DNA from: an uncultured Clostridia bacterium
GTDB lineage: Bacteria > Bacillota > Clostridia > Christensenellales > UBA1242
Direction of reading: 5' to 3'
Length of the DNA: 64,000 nucleotides
Assembly: GCA_947624415.1 (NCBI GenBank)
Contig: CANQKH010000006.1
Location: forward strand, 13,910 to 77,909
Positions 8,846-17,646 of this stretch are shown here, in pieces. The notes under the pieces are model-generated. The model made no database searches, was not told the origin of the DNA, and was given only the letters and a program-made list of their open reading frames with translations. How positions within the stretch are numbered: position 1 is the first letter of the stretch; each line of letters starts with the position of its first letter. Made by a program: the position numbers and the translations under genes.

Positions 8846-9697
8846 CAAACCAGATGTTTGACGATTATCGAATTAATGATATTTAAAAAATACAAACAAC
8901 ACTCTCTCACCAACAAACCAGATGTTTGACGATTATCGAATTAATGATATTTAAAGACATAAACAACACTCTCTCACCAACAAACCAGATGTTTGACGGA
9001 AAACTTAGTTTTCATCAGTATCGAATGAGTTATATTTAAAAATACAAATAAACTTTCTCATTAATCACATTGTTTAAAAATTTAGGTGCAAAAGTGGATA
9101 ATTATTATAGACTTGTCCACTTTAATTCCACATTTTTATTATCTATATATAGTATTTTGAATTTTTAATTTTGTTATTTTATACTATATATAGCATATTA
9201 AAAAATTTATACACATTTCCACACAGATTATTATTATGATTATTATCAATCAATAAAAAAATATCTTATCTATATGAGTTAAAAGATAAGATTTTTTTAT
9301 TATATTTTTATTTTTTATGCAATTAAAGAGAAAATATTAATTTAATAAACCCAAAATCAAACACTTATAAATAAATGAGAGAGTGTGGTTTATATTGTTT
9401 AAATATCACCCATTCGACAATCGTCAAACATCTGGTTTGTCGCCAAGCGCCTGGGCTTGATGGGAGAGTGGGTTATTTGTGTCTTTAAATATCATTAATT
9501 CGACACTGATGAAAACTAAGTTTTCCGTCAAACATCTGGTTTGTAGAAACTAAGTTTCTCGTCAAACATCTGGTTTGTCGCCAAGAGCCTGGGCTTGTTG
9601 AGAGAGTGCTTTTTATATTGTTTAAGTATCATTAATTCGATAATCGTCAAACATCTGGTTTGTAGAAACTAAGTTTTCCGTCAAACATCTGGTTTGT
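8846..9697. repeat. right arm of inverted repeat plus tandem 67-68-bp modules (8846, 8914, 8981) and forward modules (9399-9697)
   Basis: CAAACCAGATGTTTGACGATTATCGAATTAATGATATTTAAA... unit repeats at 68/67-bp spacing; core 9059-9288 is the inverted copy of 7335-7563. Confidence 0.85.
9093..9101 (-). promoter_or_regulatory. DnaA-box-like 9-mer (TTATCCACT on minus strand)
   Basis: Mirror copy of 7518-7526; additional TCCAC-core boxes at 9113-9121, 9124-9132 and 9215-9223. Confidence 0.5.
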
Positions 9698-11042
9698 TTG
9701 TTAGGAGTTTTTTTATTTCACTTATAAAGCCTTGTATTTTATGTGAGGTTTTTATTTCATCTGCTATTTTATCACGAGAGTGCATAATTGTTGTATGGTC
9801 TCGACCCCCGAAAATTTTACCTATTGACACGAGAGGGATTTCAAGTATTTCACTTATGAGATAGATTGCAATCATTCGAGGTTCAACAATTTCCTTGCTT
9901 TTTTTCTTTCCTATAATATCTTGCTTAGTTATATCAAAATACTTGCATACAGCCTCAATAATTTCATCAGGCGATAAACCTTCATTTTTATCTTCTTCTA
10001 TCTGGCCATTAAAGGCTTCCAACGCTTCTTCCATAGTTGCTGACTGCTTGTTTGATAAGTTTGCCAGGAAATGGACCTTAGCGAGCATACCTTCAAGTTC
10101 ACGGACATTTGAGTTTATATGTTCTGCGATAAAGTCAATAACATCGTCATCAATAGAATATTTTTCTATCTGGCATTTTTTGCGTAAAATAGCAATACGT
10201 GTTTCCAATTCAGGGTGCTGGATATCTTGAATAAGACCACTTGTGAAACGTGAACGCAACCTGTCTGCGAGAGTTTCAATTTCCTTTGGAGGGCGGTCAG
10301 AAGTAATAATAATTTGCTTTGACGCCATAAATAACTCATTAAAGGTGTAGAAAAATTCCTCTTGAGTTTGTATTTTTTTTGATATGAACTGAATGTCGTC
10401 AACCATTAAAACGTCAAGATTGCGATACTTTGTTCTAAACTCCAAAATTGCTTTGTTTTTGTTTGGAGAGCCTATTGAATCTATGTATTCATTTACGAAC
10501 TGCTCACAAGTAACGTAGCGAACATTTAGAGTTGGGAAATATTCTTTGTAATAATTGCCGATTGCGTGAAGTAGGTGGGTTTTTCCAAGCCCTGAGCCAC
10601 CATAAATGAATAGAGGGTTAAATTTAACACCAGAGTGTTCGGCAACGGCATGAGCGGCGGCGTAGACAAACTTGTTTGAATCACCGACAACGAAATTATC
10701 AAATGTATACTTAGGATTGAAAGGGTTTTTGTCGATATTGACTTCTTTTTCACTATTTTTATCGCCGTGGAGATTAATATATTCCATTTCTTCTGTTGGG
10801 TCTAAAATTTCAATCATAACATCTGTATCAAAAATATCATTGACGGCAGAAGATAACTTGTCAAAGTAATTTCTAGACAACTGGTTTTTTGCTGAGGTTG
10901 TGTTTGCCGACAAAATCAAGGTTTTGTTGTCGACAAAATCTATGACCTTAATAGGTTTAAACCACATAATAAAAGAGACGTTGGAAACAGTGAATTCAAG
11001 TTTGTCAAGCACGGCGTCCCAAAGGGTATTTAAATCTTTCAT
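9681..11042 (-). CDS. dnaA: chromosomal replication initiator protein DnaA
   Basis: Walker A GGSGLGKTHLLHAIGN, DDIQF, RSRF, C-terminal DNA-binding IGKIFGGRDHTTIMHSRDKI. Confidence 0.95.
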   Translation of the reverse strand: MKDLNTLWDAVLDKLEFTVSNVSFIMWFKPIKVIDFVDNKTLILSANTTSAKNQLSRNYFDKLSSAVNDIFDTDVMIEILDPTEEMEYINLHGDKNSEKEVNIDKNPFNPKYTFDNFVVGDSNKFVYAAAHAVAEHSGVKFNPLFIYGGSGLGKTHLLHAIGNYYKEYFPTLNVRYVTCEQFVNEYIDSIGSPNKNKAILEFRTKYRNLDVLMVDDIQFISKKIQTQEEFFYTFNELFMASKQIIITSDRPPKEIETLADRLRSRFTSGLIQDIQHPELETRIAILRKKCQIEKYSIDDDVIDFIAEHINSNVRELEGMLAKVHFLANLSNKQSATMEEALEAFNGQIEEDKNEGLSPDEIIEAVCKYFDITKQDIIGKKKSKEIVEPRMIAIYLISEILEIPLVSIGKIFGGRDHTTIMHSRDKIADEIKTSHKIQGFISEIKKLLTNKPDV

Positions 11043-11071
11043 AATTTCTCCATAAAATAATTTGCAATATG

Positions 11072-11100
11072 ATTATATAAAAAAAAATATTTTTTGTCAA
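11072..11100 (-). promoter_or_regulatory. consensus sigma-70-type promoter of dnaA
   Basis: On minus strand TTGACA (11100-11095), 17 nt, TATAAT (11077-11072). Confidence 0.6.
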
Positions 11101-11154
11101 TTACAAAGTGTAAAATGATTGTAAAATTTGCAAAAGTTTGATAAAATAATATCT

Positions 11155-12210
11155 ATGCTTATAAACTCACTACACCTTAAAGATTTTAGGTCATATAAAG
11201 ATAGAACAATAAAATTTAAAGAGGGAGTAAACATAATTGTTGGAAAAAATGCTCAAGGGAAAACGAATATACTTGAAGCAATCTTTTTTATGATAATAGG
11301 AAAATCGTTCCGCACATCAAAGGAAAAAGAGGTTATAAAATGGGAGGAAGATGGCGGGAAAATAGAGGGAGAATTTAAGAAAAAATATAGAGATGTCAAA
11401 ATTGAGATATTTTTTTCAAAATTTCAAAAAAAATCGATAAAAATTGATAATATTTCAATAAAAAAACTTGGTCAACTTTTAAGCACCGTTAACGGAGTTT
11501 TCTTTTCGCCAGATGAACTTAAACTTGTAAAAGAAAGCCCAGAAGAACGCAGACGATTTATGAATATAATATTATGCCAAACAGACAGAAAATACTTTTA
11601 TTTGTTAAGCAGATATGAAAAAGTGCTACAAAACCGCAATAAATTGCTTAAAACAACAAAAGATTTCAATTCATTAAAGGAAACAATTTACATTTGGGAT
11701 AAAGCACTTTGCGATTATGGTAAACAAATTTATAACGAAAGAAAAAAACTTATTGAACAACTATCGCCTTACGTTGAAAAAGCAGGCATATACCTTTCAA
11801 GTGGCAAGGAAAAAATTGAACTTGAATACAAAAGTTCATTTTCAGGTGATGATTATGACAAACAAATGGAGAATGCTTTAAGAGATAACCTTGAAAAAGA
11901 TTATAAAAGGGGCTTCACATCATGCGGCGTGCATAGAGATGAGATTGATATATTTTTAAATGGAGTTGAAGTCAAATCTTATGGCTCACAAGGTCAACAA
12001 CGAACGGTTGCATTGTCTCTTAAACTTGCCGAACTTGAAATAATAAAGGAGCGAACGGGGGAAGCACCATTACTTCTCCTCGATGATGTGTTCAGCGAAC
12101 TTGATGAAGAAAGAAGAAAAAAACTTTTAAAATTTACATCAAAGGCTCAAACAATTATAACTTGCACAGAATTTGATAAAGATGAAAATGTCAATATAAT
12201 AAAAATTTAA
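11155..12210 (+). CDS. recF: DNA replication/repair protein RecF
   Basis: LHLKDFRSY, Walker A GKNAQGKTNILEAI, LLLLDDVFSELDEERR; track ORF starts at TTG 11128, ATG at 11155 is more likely. Confidence 0.9.
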   Translation: MLINSLHLKDFRSYKDRTIKFKEGVNIIVGKNAQGKTNILEAIFFMIIGKSFRTSKEKEVIKWEEDGGKIEGEFKKKYRDVKIEIFFSKFQKKSIKIDNISIKKLGQLLSTVNGVFFSPDELKLVKESPEERRRFMNIILCQTDRKYFYLLSRYEKVLQNRNKLLKTTKDFNSLKETIYIWDKALCDYGKQIYNERKKLIEQLSPYVEKAGIYLSSGKEKIELEYKSSFSGDDYDKQMENALRDNLEKDYKRGFTSCGVHRDEIDIFLNGVEVKSYGSQGQQRTVALSLKLAELEIIKERTGEAPLLLLDDVFSELDEERRKKLLKFTSKAQTIITCTEFDKDENVNIIKI

Positions 12211-12222
12211 AAGGAGAAAATT

Positions 12223-13752
12223 ATGATAATAGCACTCACTGGGGTTACCGGTAATATGGGACGGGAAGTTTTGAAGGAAGTTTACAAGATTGAAGAAATA
12301 GAAAAAATAAAAGTTTTAGTCCTTCCCGAAGATGAAAAAAGATTAAAAAAGATTAGAAAAAATTATGATGATAAACTTGAAGTAATTTATGGCACTATTG
12401 CAAATAAAAACATTTGCAAAATGCTTGTCGAAGGCACATCTTATGTAGTAAATATGGCGGCTGTTATACCTCCACACAGCGATAAAGAACCTGAAAAAGC
12501 AGTTGAATGTAATGAAGTTGGGGCAACAATGCTGACTGAGGCAATTGAAGAAATAAAAGAAAATCAACCCAAATTTATACATATTTCAACTGTTGCTCTT
12601 TATGGAAATAGAAACAGCCTTCACCCTTGGGCGCGTGTTGGCGACCCTTTGCTTGTAAGCCCTTTTGATATTTATAGTGCAACAAAATTAAGAGGGGAGT
12701 TTAGAGTTCTTGAAAGTGAAATAGCAAACTTTGTTGTTTTAAGACAAACGGCAATGCTTCACAATAATATGCTTTTTGACAATATGAGCGATGGCTTAAT
12801 GTTCCACACCTGCTTCAACGCACCTCTTGAATGGGTAACAGCAGGCGACAGTGGAATTTTGATTGCAAACATATTAAAAAGAGATATAAAGGGTGAAATA
12901 GATGATTTTTGGAGAAAGTGCTACAATATAGGTGGCGGTAAAATTAATTGCGTTACAGGATATGACACACTCAATGACGGCTTTAAACTCATTGGTGGCT
13001 CAACAAAAGATTTCTTTGATCCAAACTATAACTCACTTAGAAATTTTCATGGTGTATGGTTTTATGATGGGGATGTGCTTGAAGACCTTTTCCATTATCA
13101 AAGACAATCAACGCAAGATTTCTGGGAACAACTTGGAGAAACTCACCCATACTTTAAACTTGCAAAAATAGTTGAAAAAAGTGTTATAAAAAAACTTGCA
13201 ATTGAAAGACTTTTGAAAGATAAAAATGCTCCTACATATTGGGTGAAAAATAATGACGAGGCAAGGGTTATTGCCTATTTTGGTGGCATGGAAAACTATG
13301 AAAAAATTCCAAAGAATTGGGAAGAATTTCCACTTCTTATTGAAAATAAAGACGAAAATGGCGAAAAAATTGACTTTTTAGCACTAAAAAACAAAGAAAA
13401 TGCTAAATTATTGAATCACGGATATAACGAGGATGGTGAAATAACAATTGAAACATTACGCGAAGTGGCAAGAGCGCATGGCGGACTTTTGCTTTCAAAA
13501 GAGTTTTCAAATATGTATGAAAAATTGCAATGGGCAAACTCAGACGGCGAAACTTTTACTGCAAGACCATACACAATTTTAAAGGCGGGACATTGGTTTA
13601 ACAGAACTTACAAGGAAAATGTTTGGGACTTTGACAGACTATCTAAGATTGATAATATTTACAAACAACTTTGGCTTGACAGCCATGGCGAAGATGAAAA
13701 CTACCTCTATATTTATGACGAAAACTTTAATGCAAAGGTGGAAAAACAATGA
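12223..13752 (+). CDS. NAD-dependent epimerase/dehydratase (extended SDR) family protein with long C-terminal extension
   Basis: Rossmann GVTGNMGREV at N-terminus; catalytic YSATK (YxxxK). Confidence 0.6.
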   Translation: MIIALTGVTGNMGREVLKEVYKIEEIEKIKVLVLPEDEKRLKKIRKNYDDKLEVIYGTIANKNICKMLVEGTSYVVNMAAVIPPHSDKEPEKAVECNEVGATMLTEAIEEIKENQPKFIHISTVALYGNRNSLHPWARVGDPLLVSPFDIYSATKLRGEFRVLESEIANFVVLRQTAMLHNNMLFDNMSDGLMFHTCFNAPLEWVTAGDSGILIANILKRDIKGEIDDFWRKCYNIGGGKINCVTGYDTLNDGFKLIGGSTKDFFDPNYNSLRNFHGVWFYDGDVLEDLFHYQRQSTQDFWEQLGETHPYFKLAKIVEKSVIKKLAIERLLKDKNAPTYWVKNNDEARVIAYFGGMENYEKIPKNWEEFPLLIENKDENGEKIDFLALKNKENAKLLNHGYNEDGEITIETLREVARAHGGLLLSKEFSNMYEKLQWANSDGETFTARPYTILKAGHWFNRTYKENVWDFDRLSKIDNIYKQLWLDSHGEDENYLYIYDENFNAKVEKQ

Positions 13753-14609
13753 AATTTTTGATTTTCTATTTCTCGGGGACTGGCAATACAAAAATGATTT
13801 TAGACCAATATGTTTGCCATTTTCAAGAAGAGGGACACAGCGTTGACATTAGAAATATTGATGATTATTTTAACAAAAAAATTGAAGATAACTTAAATAT
13901 TTATGATAAAATTGGACTATTTTATCCCATTCATGCCTTTAATGCCCCTTCAAATGTTTTGGAGTTTGCAAAGAATATACAAAAACTTGAAAGCAAAAAA
14001 CCTTTATTTATTGTCAAAACATCGGGCGAACCTCTTGCATTAAACAATATTTCATCACTTAAAGTTAAGTCAATATTGAAAAAACGTGGAATTATTCTTG
14101 AAAATGAATATCATTATTGTATGCCTTACAATATTATTTTCCGTCATAGTGATAATATGGCATACAAAATGTGGGAAAGTGCAAAAAAAGTTATACCTTA
14201 TGACTGCAAGGAAATAACGGCGGGGCAAAAACGAAAACTTAAATATATTCCATGCGGAAGATTTCTTGCCTGGGTTTTTAGAATTGAACACTGGGGCGGA
14301 AGATTTAACGGCAAAAGATATAAGGTAAAGGATGAGTGTATAAAATGTGGACTTTGTGCAAGACGATGTCCAACGCATAATATAACTATAGAAAATGGAG
14401 AGTTTAAGTTTGGCAAAAATTGTTTAATGTGTATGAGGTGTTCCTTTCATTGCCCAAAAAATGCAATAAAAATAGGACTGTTTGAAAAATGGAAAGTTAA
14501 CGGTGCATATTCATTTTTGCCAAATGAGAATGAAGAGGAAAGGCATAAAAAATATTGCAAAAAGTCTTACAAAAAATATTTTGAAAGAATTGAGCAGAGA
14601 ACAAAATAG
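13749..14609 (+). CDS. flavodoxin-like / 2x[4Fe-4S] ferredoxin fusion (EFR1-type)
   Basis: FYFSGTGNTK flavodoxin-like N-terminus; CIKCGLCARRCP and CLMCMRCSFHCP clusters; ATGA start/stop overlap with upstream gene. Confidence 0.65.
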   Translation: MKFLIFYFSGTGNTKMILDQYVCHFQEEGHSVDIRNIDDYFNKKIEDNLNIYDKIGLFYPIHAFNAPSNVLEFAKNIQKLESKKPLFIVKTSGEPLALNNISSLKVKSILKKRGIILENEYHYCMPYNIIFRHSDNMAYKMWESAKKVIPYDCKEITAGQKRKLKYIPCGRFLAWVFRIEHWGGRFNGKRYKVKDECIKCGLCARRCPTHNITIENGEFKFGKNCLMCMRCSFHCPKNAIKIGLFEKWKVNGAYSFLPNENEEERHKKYCKKSYKKYFERIEQRTK

Positions 14610-14669
14610 AAAGGAAAAATTAGATAATTTCTTTTTAAAAGTGTAAAATTTACAAAAAAATGCGAAAAA

Positions 14670-15272
14670 ATGCAAAAATTTAACAAAAAAACGATTAATT
14701 CGCAAAAGAAACACAAAATTTCAATATTAAAAAGAGCGGATGATTTAAGAAGGGATATGGAAAAATTAGATATTATTGACGAAAAAGGAAATTTAACGGG
14801 AGAGAGTGAAGGGCGAAAGATTGTCCATAAACTTGGATTACGACATCATGCCTGTGGAATTATAATTTATAATAATGATAAAATTTTATTGCAACAGCGG
14901 TCATTTAAAAAGGAAAAGAATGCAGGACTTTGGGATATTACGGCGGGACATATAATGGCAGGTGATAAAGTTTTACCTTCTCTTGCCCGGGAAGTAAAGG
15001 AAGAACTTGGAATAGACATAGCAAATGAAAAGTTAACATTGCTTGGCAAATATTGGCGTCAAGAAATATATCGCCAAGATTTTACCGAAAATGAACTTGA
15101 CTATATTTACCTTTTAGAAAAATACATTCCTATTGAAGATATAAAAATTCAAGAAAGTGAATTAGAGCAGGTTAAATATTTTACTATTCATGAATTTAAA
15201 CAACTTTTGCAAGAAAAGAAGGCGACTTCTCGAATATTTTATCAAGATTTTTTTAAAATTATCGAAAAATAG
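14670..15272 (+). CDS. Nudix hydrolase
   Basis: Nudix box GHIMAGDKVLPSLAREVKEELGI; real start may be the internal Met at about 14757. Confidence 0.7.
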   Translation: MQKFNKKTINSQKKHKISILKRADDLRRDMEKLDIIDEKGNLTGESEGRKIVHKLGLRHHACGIIIYNNDKILLQQRSFKKEKNAGLWDITAGHIMAGDKVLPSLAREVKEELGIDIANEKLTLLGKYWRQEIYRQDFTENELDYIYLLEKYIPIEDIKIQESELEQVKYFTIHEFKQLLQEKKATSRIFYQDFFKIIEK

Positions 15273-15369
15273 TTGTAAACTTGTAAATTTTTGATAATTT
15301 TAAGAAAAACAAATGAAATTTATTTGTATCAACCCTATTTTATGATATAATATTTATAAGGAGATTATT

Positions 15370-15930
15370 ATGAGCAGAATAAAAAAAGCCCCTTTTATAT
15401 ATTACAACGATGCACTGGATGGATTTACAGATGCACGAAAAACTATGAATGAAATAATTGAAAAAAAACCAGAAACTTTTAAAGATGAATTTGATTATGT
15501 CAAATACTTGGCGGCGGCTGAAGACCCTGTTGCAATGGATTTGCTTGCATATTATTATAAAACGGGAATAAGTGGTCTTTTAAAAGAAAACTACAAAATG
15601 TATATTTATTGGGAACTTTTGGCTGCGTCAAGAGGAAATGAGTTTGCAATTGAAAAACTGCAATTTTTGATTGGATATGCAATCGATGCAATAATGGTTT
15701 GTGATGACTATAACAAGATTGTATATAAAAATGATATAGATGATGTAAACTCTCTATATGTTTTAGGGAAAGCCATTTGCAAAACTATCGTAAAACAGAT
15801 TGAGTGTTATCCTGTTGACCTTGCTCAAAAAGAGGATGAATATTTGCCATTCAAACAGGAATATTTTGTAAATTTACGTAAAAATATTGATGATGCAATT
15901 CCTGCGGCAATAAACTACTTAAAGTCATAA
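15370..15930 (+). CDS. hypothetical protein, Sel1/TPR-like repeat
   Basis: AMDLLAYYYKTGISGLLKENYKMYIYWELLAASRGNEFAIEKL fits the Sel1 repeat pattern. Confidence 0.4.
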   Translation: MSRIKKAPFIYYNDALDGFTDARKTMNEIIEKKPETFKDEFDYVKYLAAAEDPVAMDLLAYYYKTGISGLLKENYKMYIYWELLAASRGNEFAIEKLQFLIGYAIDAIMVCDDYNKIVYKNDIDDVNSLYVLGKAICKTIVKQIECYPVDLAQKEDEYLPFKQEYFVNLRKNIDDAIPAAINYLKS

Positions 15931-15971
15931 AATAACAATATGTTTTCTTAAAATATAAATTATGTCAAAAA

Positions 15972-16003
15972 AATTGTATTTCAAACAATACAATTTTTTT
16001 ATG
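15972..16003. terminator. bidirectional intrinsic terminator
   Basis: AAATTGTATT / AATACAATTT stem with A- and T-runs between convergent genes. Confidence 0.45.
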
Positions 16004-16026
16004 CTCAATTACAATTTGTTTATTAT

Positions 16027-16485
16027 TTAAGAATTGCCAGAAAGAATTTGACTTAAAAGAGCAAGACGTGAATCGATAATTTCTTTAATTTGTCTTTCAT
16101 AATTGCTTTTTTCTGCAAAATTTGATAAATTTCTTATCAAAACAAGTTCATCCGCCAAAAATTTCAACAAACATCGCGTTTTATCTTTGGGCGGTTGAGG
16201 GACTTTTAAAACCTCATCAAAATCAAGCATTATTGAAAGTTTTTTAATTTGTCTTTCATTCAAGGAATAAAACTTGCTTGTTCCCAAAAAGCCTCCAAGC
16301 GTGAAAAGACTTGCTTTTATAGAATATAGAAGTTCAAAAATGGGTAACACAAGTTTTTGTGTTTCTTCATTATCAAGTGAAATAATCTTAAAACTTCTTA
16401 CACCTTTTGCGTATGCCTTTGCAATTTTTTCATAATCTTGCAAAGACAAAATTTGTTCATCATTATATTCCATACACCCTCTCAT
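16027..16485 (-). CDS. hypothetical protein
   Basis: 152-aa ORF (start possibly 16473); no motif recognised. Confidence 0.4.
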   Translation of the reverse strand: MRGCMEYNDEQILSLQDYEKIAKAYAKGVRSFKIISLDNEETQKLVLPIFELLYSIKASLFTLGGFLGTSKFYSLNERQIKKLSIMLDFDEVLKVPQPPKDKTRCLLKFLADELVLIRNLSNFAEKSNYERQIKEIIDSRLALLSQILSGNS

Positions 16486-16669
16486 GAGTATATATTCAAG
16501 TTGACAAGGAAAGGTTACATATTTTTAAGAACATTTATTTAACATTAAAATTTACTGCAAAAACAGATAATTTATTAAAAAATAATGATAATTTTTTGAA
16601 ACTTTGCAATTTTATTTGAAATAATATGCTTTTTATATATAATTATAATGTATATTTTTGGAGGAATTT

Positions 16670-17380
16670 ATGAAACCATTAATTGGAATAATAGCAAAAA
16701 ACGATTCAATAATTGATGATGACGAAGTGTGGAATTATCAAATTATAAACAGCAATGTTCGATATGCACTCTTAGATCAAGGTGCAATTGCTATTGGAAT
16801 TTTGCCTACAAACAGAACATTGCAATTTTCAAATGAGGATGACGGGAAAAACAAATACAATATATCTTTAGAGGAAGAGCAGGATTTAATTCAACAACTC
16901 AAATTAGTTGACGGTGTAATTTTGCAGGGTGGATTGTATAGTGATTATTATGAGGAATTTGTTGCAAAGTATTGCTGGGACAACGATATTCCTGTAATTG
17001 GAATTTGTGCAGGCTTTAATAATATTATAAGGGGACTAGGCGGAACGACAACAGATGATATTGACAGAAAAGTTCACTCACGCAAAAATAATGTCAACAA
17101 TGCCCATGAAATTTCAATAAAAAAGGATAGTTTGTTGTATTCAATTATTAAGCAAGAAAAAATAGAGGTTAATTCCATTCATACTTGGGCGGCAAAAGAT
17201 GTCAAAGTTGTAGAGCCAATCGCATTTGCTCCAGACGGATTGATTGAGGCAGTTGAGGGCAAGGGTAAAACCTTTTATTTAGGGTTAAAATTTCATCCAG
17301 AGTTTTTATATGATGACCAAAGATTTAAAGCCATTTTTACTGCATTCATAAATAAGGTAAAAGAAAAAATGAATGTATAA
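16670..17380 (+). CDS. class I glutamine amidotransferase / gamma-glutamyl hydrolase (peptidase C26) family
   Basis: Nucleophile elbow VIGICAGFNNI, LKFHPEF His-Glu pair; GGAGG before the ATG at 16670. Confidence 0.65.
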   Translation: MKPLIGIIAKNDSIIDDDEVWNYQIINSNVRYALLDQGAIAIGILPTNRTLQFSNEDDGKNKYNISLEEEQDLIQQLKLVDGVILQGGLYSDYYEEFVAKYCWDNDIPVIGICAGFNNIIRGLGGTTTDDIDRKVHSRKNNVNNAHEISIKKDSLLYSIIKQEKIEVNSIHTWAAKDVKVVEPIAFAPDGLIEAVEGKGKTFYLGLKFHPEFLYDDQRFKAIFTAFINKVKEKMNV

Positions 17381-17646
17381 AAATGATAATTTATAGAAAA
17401 ATGTTGTAAAATGCTTAAAAAACGTCAAAAAATGGCAATTTTTAATAAAAAACACATAAAACTTATTTATTTTTTAAAAAACAAGCCGTTTTATTTTTAA
17501 GTTTCGATAAAAGGAAAATTGTGTTAATTTGTATTTATTGTAACAAAATGCTTGCAAAAAATTTTATTGTAATGATATAATATTTTTGACTTAATAGATA
17601 TTTTATAAATATATAAGAGTAAAGATTTTCATAAAAAGGAGAAAAA

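Noticed and set aside
7745-11042. Alternative genetic code (TGA = Trp, Mollicutes-like), considered because of the extreme AT-richness
   Set aside because: TGA ends dnaN and dnaA at normal protein lengths, and the conserved ORFs read through without in-frame TGA.
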